64,000 nucleotides of DNA. Origin: an uncultured Prevotellaceae bacterium. Its GTDB lineage: Bacteria; Bacteroidota; Bacteroidia; Bacteroidales; Bacteroidaceae. A program made the translations under genes and the position numbers. This document shows positions 60,133-64,000 of this stretch, piece by piece (positions within the stretch are counted from its first letter, which is position 1; every line of letters starts with the position of its first letter). Below the pieces are notes generated by a model. It made no database searches. It saw only the letters and a program-made list of their open reading frames with translations, and was not told where the DNA came from. Where the stretch lies: positions 110,135-174,134 of the forward strand of contig CASFNA010000007.1 in assembly GCA_949295905.1 (NCBI GenBank), given 5' to 3'.

Positions 60133-61767
60133 TTACCTTCTCCTCGGCCTCATTGTGACGAGCGGAACAAGCATTTCCTCCATCGATATGCCGCCGTGCT
60201 GGAAGGTGTCCTTGTAGTAAGACACGTAATAGTTGTAGTTGTTCGGGTAGGCGAAAAAGGCGTCGCCCGTGGCGAAAACGTACGACGTGCTTAGGTTCGG
60301 GGCAGGCAACATGGCGCGGTGAGGCTCCTTTATGGCAAACACCTCTTTTGAATTATAGTTCAGGTTCTTGCCGAGCTTGTAGCGCAGGTTGGTGTTCGTG
60401 TTGCGGTCTCCTATGATTTTTACCGGCTTCGAGGCGCGTATGCTGCCGTGGTCGGTCGTAAGCAGCACGGTATATCCGCCCTGGGCGAGCAGCCGGAAAA
60501 GCTCCGACAACACCGAATGGCGAAACCAGCTGAGCGTTATGCTGCGGTAGGCGGCCTCGTCACCGGCCAGCTCGCGCACCATCTTCGACTCCGTGCGGGC
60601 GTGGCTCAACATGTCGATGAAGTTGATTACGAGCACGTTAAGGTCGTTGGCCGACAGCGAGTTGAACTTCTGGAGAAACTTCTCCGCGCCTGCGGAGTCG
60701 TTTATTTTGCTGTAAGAGAAGGTGTCGCGGCGGCGGAAGCGGTCAAGCTGGGTCTTGATTAGCGGCCCCTCGTTGAGGTTCTTGCCCTCTTCCTCGTCCT
60801 CGTCAACCCACAGTTCGGGGAACATCGAGGCTATTTCAACCGGCATCAGGCCGCTGAATATGGCGTTACGGGCGTACTGCGTGGCCGTGGGAAGTATGCT
60901 GACGTAAGTCTGCTCGTCGATGTCGAACATGTCGCCTATTTCCCCCGCCAGCACGCGCCACTGGTCTAAGCGGAAGTTGTCGATGACTATCATAAACACC
61001 TTTTCGCCATTATCAAGCAACGGAAACACCTTGCGCTTGAACACATCGACGCTCATCATGGGGCGTTCGTCCACCTCTTGCAGCTTGGTCTGCCGCCCGG
61101 CGCCGCCCATGCGGAGACGAGCCGTAGGGCCGGAGGCCGCCGAACGCGACGCGGCGATGTCGTCCATCCAGTCCATGTAGTGCGCCTTTATGTACTTGGC
61201 GAAGCCGTTGTCGGCCTCCTCTTTCTGCATTTTAAGCATCTCGGCCATGCTGCTGTCGGTCGAGCTAAGCTCCAGTTCCCAGTGCACAAGGCGGCGGTAC
61301 ACCTCCATCCAGTCGCCTATGGTCTTGCAGGCGTCTATCTGCATGGCTATGTCCTGGAAGCTCTGGCGGTATCCGCTCTGCGTAACCTCGGTAACGATTT
61401 CCCTTCGGTGGATGTTCTTTTTCAGCGAAAGGAGTATTTGGTTGGGGTTGACGGGCTTTATAAGGTAGTCGGCTATCTTGGAGCCTATGGCCTGGTCCAT
61501 GATGTTTTCCTCCTCGCTCTTGGTCACCATGACCACGGGCGTGGCTGGCGAAAGCTCCTTGATTTGCTGCAAAGTCTCAAGACCGCTAAGGCCGGGCATC
61601 ATCTCGTCGAGCAGGATTAGGTCGAAAGTCTTTTGCCTGCACTGGTCTATGGCATCGGTGCCGTTGGTCACGGTCACCACGTCATACCCTTTTTTCTCAA
61701 GGAACAATATGTGGGCGCGGAGCAGTTCCATCTCGTCGTCGGCCCATAAAAGTAATCCGTTGCTCAT
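60133..61767 (-). CDS. porX: T9SS response regulator with PglZ/alkaline-phosphatase domain
   Basis: Receiver domain (WADDE, LLDEMMPG, KP) plus IDNFR..LPTATQYARNAIFSG, TTDHG, HGGISMEEM. Confidence 0.93.
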   Translation of the reverse strand: MSNGLLLWADDEMELLRAHILFLEKKGYDVVTVTNGTDAIDQCRQKTFDLILLDEMMPGLSGLETLQQIKELSPATPVVMVTKSEEENIMDQAIGSKIADYLIKPVNPNQILLSLKKNIHRREIVTEVTQSGYRQSFQDIAMQIDACKTIGDWMEVYRRLVHWELELSSTDSSMAEMLKMQKEEADNGFAKYIKAHYMDWMDDIAASRSAASGPTARLRMGGAGRQTKLQEVDERPMMSVDVFKRKVFPLLDNGEKVFMIVIDNFRLDQWRVLAGEIGDMFDIDEQTYVSILPTATQYARNAIFSGLMPVEIASMFPELWVDEDEEEGKNLNEGPLIKTQLDRFRRRDTFSYSKINDSAGAEKFLQKFNSLSANDLNVLVINFIDMLSHARTESKMVRELAGDEAAYRSITLSWFRHSVLSELFRLLAQGGYTVLLTTDHGSIRASKPVKIIGDRNTNTNLRYKLGKNLNYNSKEVFAIKEPHRAMLPAPNLSTSYVFATGDAFFAYPNNYNYYVSYYKDTFQHGGISMEEMLVPLVTMRPRRR

Positions 61768-61783
61768 TTGTTGTAATTTTTTG

Positions 61784-61908
61784 GGGAGTAAGGAGGGAAG
61801 GAGTAAAGGAGTAAGGAATGGGGAAACAGAAAAGCATGAGGCATTTACCTTTTTACTTTTTTACCTTTCCCGTCTCACCTTCTCACTCTCTCACCTTCTC
61901 ACCTTTTT
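61784..61908. repeat. Degenerate octamer tandem arrays in inverted arrangement
   Basis: ggagtaaggagggaaggagtaaaggagtaagg ... tttacctttttactttttta..tctcaccttctcactctctcaccttctcacc. Confidence 0.65.
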
Positions 61909-64000
61909 AAAATCCGTCAAGCTCGTAATACTCATCCTCAAGGCCGAAACCGTCCTGGCGGTTGTCCTCTTCGGGAGCGTCGTTGCCGCCGTCGTCAGTG
62001 CCGCCGAAGCCGTCGTTGAACTCGATTACGAAGCCGTCATCCTGCGGCTCGTTTTCCTCCACTTTGTCATTTGCCGTCTTTTGGCCTGCGATTGACGGCC
62101 TTTCGGCCTGCGATTTGCCGTCTTTTGCAGGCTCGTTTGCCGCCTTTTGCACGGGCGTTGCCTGCGGAGTGGGTTCAGGTTCGGCAGGAATGAGCGTACC
62201 GCCTTGTGTTTCAGGCACTTCCGCCGCAGGCTGCTGCGCCGACGGGGTATCGTCAATTGTGAACGTATTACCCATGCCTTGCGGCTCTTCCTGCGGCGCA
62301 TTGTCCTGCACATCGGGTATGGTTATCGTGCCGGTGCCAGTCTGCGGAGCTTCAGGCGTTGCCGCATCCTGCGGTTCGTCGGGTATGGTTACGCCACCGC
62401 CACCGGTCGGTTGGGCTTCAGGTTCAGCCGTTTCTGGTATTACGAGAGTGCCTGCACCTGTGCTTTCGGTCGGCTGCGCGTCGGCCGGTTCGTCAATTAT
62501 CAGTGTTGTACCGGTGTCTTGCGGTTGCGCCGCAGGCTCGTCGTCGATGAACAGTCCACCCTCTATTACGCCGCCGTTGTACAGTCCGTCGCCGCCGTCT
62601 TCACCCAGTTCCGCGCCCGGCTCATACTCTATGGTGGCCGGTTCGGTGAGCAGGCGCACCGTGCTTACCTTCAAAGGCACGAAGTGTTGCTCATAAAACT
62701 TGTCGTAGTCGTTGTAGCTGTACTGCGTGCCAAGCAGCTCGAGGTTGGCGTCACTGATAATTATGGCGCGCGCCTTGGCCGCCATACGGGCTATGCCAGC
62801 GTTGCCGTAAAGCTGGCGCGCATACTGCAACGCCTCGTCATAGCTCAAGAAGCCGCCCACAATCATGCGTTGCAAGCCGCCCTGCTCGTCGGTCGCTATG
62901 TCGAAGTTGCGCACGATGAAGTTGGTGAAATTGAACCTCGCAAGCTCGAAGAGCAGCTTGTTCCCGTCCACGGAGTCGGGCTGATAGACCAAGAGGAACG
63001 AGAAAGGCGTGTTGCGTTCGGCCACGAACGTGCGCGCGGCGATGGAGTCGCTGTCGTTGAGTACAACCGTGCGCCGCTCCCAAATGTCGCTTATGTCGAA
63101 TTTTCCGCCGTACAACGGCCGTCCGGCCTTTACTCCGTTGATTATCATTCCGGCCATTTCGCCAACGTCACTTTCGGGATATTTGCTGATAAGTTCCTGC
63201 ATGTCGGCCAGGCATCCGTCGCTGTCGCCGCTGTTGAGCTTGCTCAATCCGCCAATGAAAATGAACTTGTCGCGGTTTGCTCCGAGCGGAAAACGCTCTG
63301 CCGAAAGCGCGGTGTTGGCCGCCACCTCGTCAAACCTGTCGGCCTTGAAGGCGTTGTACGTGGCGGCATACAGCGAGTCCTCGATGTGTACTCCGAAGCG
63401 TGCGTTGGCCTCGTAGTTGGGGTCAGAGAGCAGCACCGTCCATTCGCTTTCGGGAAAATCGCGCTTAAGCAGGTTGAGATACGTGTCGGCCAGGCTCTTC
63501 TCCTTTCGCCGCGAGTACAACAGGAAGAGGTGGTAGTAAGCCTCGTCCATGTTCTCGTAGTCCTTATAATTGTCCGTAAGGCGGCGCAAAGTCTTCTCGC
63601 TTAATGCGAGATTGTCGAGCTTGTCCTTGAAAATTACGCCCGAATGGAACAGTCCGTCCTCGATTATTTTGTTGCTTTCGGCCACCTGCTCGGGCGTGAA
63701 AGGTATCTGTTTCAGGTAATATTCGCGCTTGTGCGGGTCGTTGTGGGCGCTGTCCATGGCGTTTTCGATGGAGTCTTGCATCGCCTCAACAGCCGCTATG
63801 GAGTCGCGCTGCTCGTCGGTCAGCTCCTCGAAAGGCGTAGCCTGCGCCACGACGGTCTTGTTTACGCGCTGCCAGTCGTCAACGTTCTCACGCCGTCCCC
63901 ACAGCTTCTGGAACGTAGCCTTGCCCTGGCTTACGGCCGTAGGGTTGTAAAAGTACCACGTACCCTTGCTGTCCGTCATGCCGGTCTGCGTCTTGTTCTG
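61907..64000 (-). CDS. PorW/SprE-like T9SS TPR protein (5' end outside window) with a long acidic low-complexity tail
   Basis: WYFYNP..QGK..F..LWG.R...DDW motif, TPR-like helices, ARFNFTNF; upstream of porX. Confidence 0.8.
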   Translation of the reverse strand, partial: QNKTQTGMTDSKGTWYFYNPTAVSQGKATFQKLWGRRENVDDWQRVNKTVVAQATPFEELTDEQRDSIAAVEAMQDSIENAMDSAHNDPHKREYYLKQIPFTPEQVAESNKIIEDGLFHSGVIFKDKLDNLALSEKTLRRLTDNYKDYENMDEAYYHLFLLYSRRKEKSLADTYLNLLKRDFPESEWTVLLSDPNYEANARFGVHIEDSLYAATYNAFKADRFDEVAANTALSAERFPLGANRDKFIFIGGLSKLNSGDSDGCLADMQELISKYPESDVGEMAGMIINGVKAGRPLYGGKFDISDIWERRTVVLNDSDSIAARTFVAERNTPFSFLLVYQPDSVDGNKLLFELARFNFTNFIVRNFDIATDEQGGLQRMIVGGFLSYDEALQYARQLYGNAGIARMAAKARAIIISDANLELLGTQYSYNDYDKFYEQHFVPLKVSTVRLLTEPATIEYEPGAELGEDGGDGLYNGGVIEGGLFIDDEPAAQPQDTGTTLIIDEPADAQPTESTGAGTLVIPETAEPEAQPTGGGGVTIPDEPQDAATPEAPQTGTGTITIPDVQDNAPQEEPQGMGNTFTIDDTPSAQQPAAEVPETQGGTLIPAEPEPTPQATPVQKAANEPAKDGKSQAERPSIAGQKTANDKVEENEPQDDGFVIEFNDGFGGTDDGGNDAPEEDNRQDGFGLEDEYYELDGF
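62068..62148. repeat. 22-bp-period array embedded in a CDS (4 units)
   Basis: Units at 62068, 62090, 62112, 62134 with spacers ggcctgc, ggcctgc, gcaggct. Confidence 0.85.

Overview
Chromosomal window from a Bacteroidota bacterium, most likely Prevotellaceae. Support: TAnnTTTG -7 promoter boxes before most operons, A-rich translation starts without Shine-Dalgarno, T9SS genes, a MurF-Alr fusion, and the gene order ftsX-DUF3098-uppP-truB-queA-folK. The coding content is mostly housekeeping and envelope: dnaA (5' truncated), two TonB-type receptors, rpsO, typA, luxS/mtnN, yfhO, alr, a CCA-adding enzyme, an RND efflux operon, tpiA, folE, prolyl oligopeptidase, tsaE, porX, a 5'-truncated porW/sprE-like gene, tRNA-Pro(GGG) and a HigBA-like TA pair. 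The unexplained structure is largely non-coding. (1) A dispersed family of 22-bp-period arrays: a 15-bp AAAAG-N5-CTTTT unit in either orientation plus a 7-bp variable spacer, often capped by a ~27-bp TAAC..TGATTATCA..GTTA palindrome, at 14 intergenic loci and once inside a CDS. (2) 7/8/9-mer tandem-repeat hairpins, mainly at gene junctions inside operons. (3) Two REP-like doublets. (4) A double-hairpin, loop-loop RNA leader in front of an AT-rich three-gene island. Unusual proteins are a stand-alone FtsZ paralog divergent from an OmpR-like winged-helix gene, a membrane protein fused in frame to TPI, and an LpxA paralog with altered acceptor residues next to the RND operon. All family assignments are from motif recognition, not database searches.
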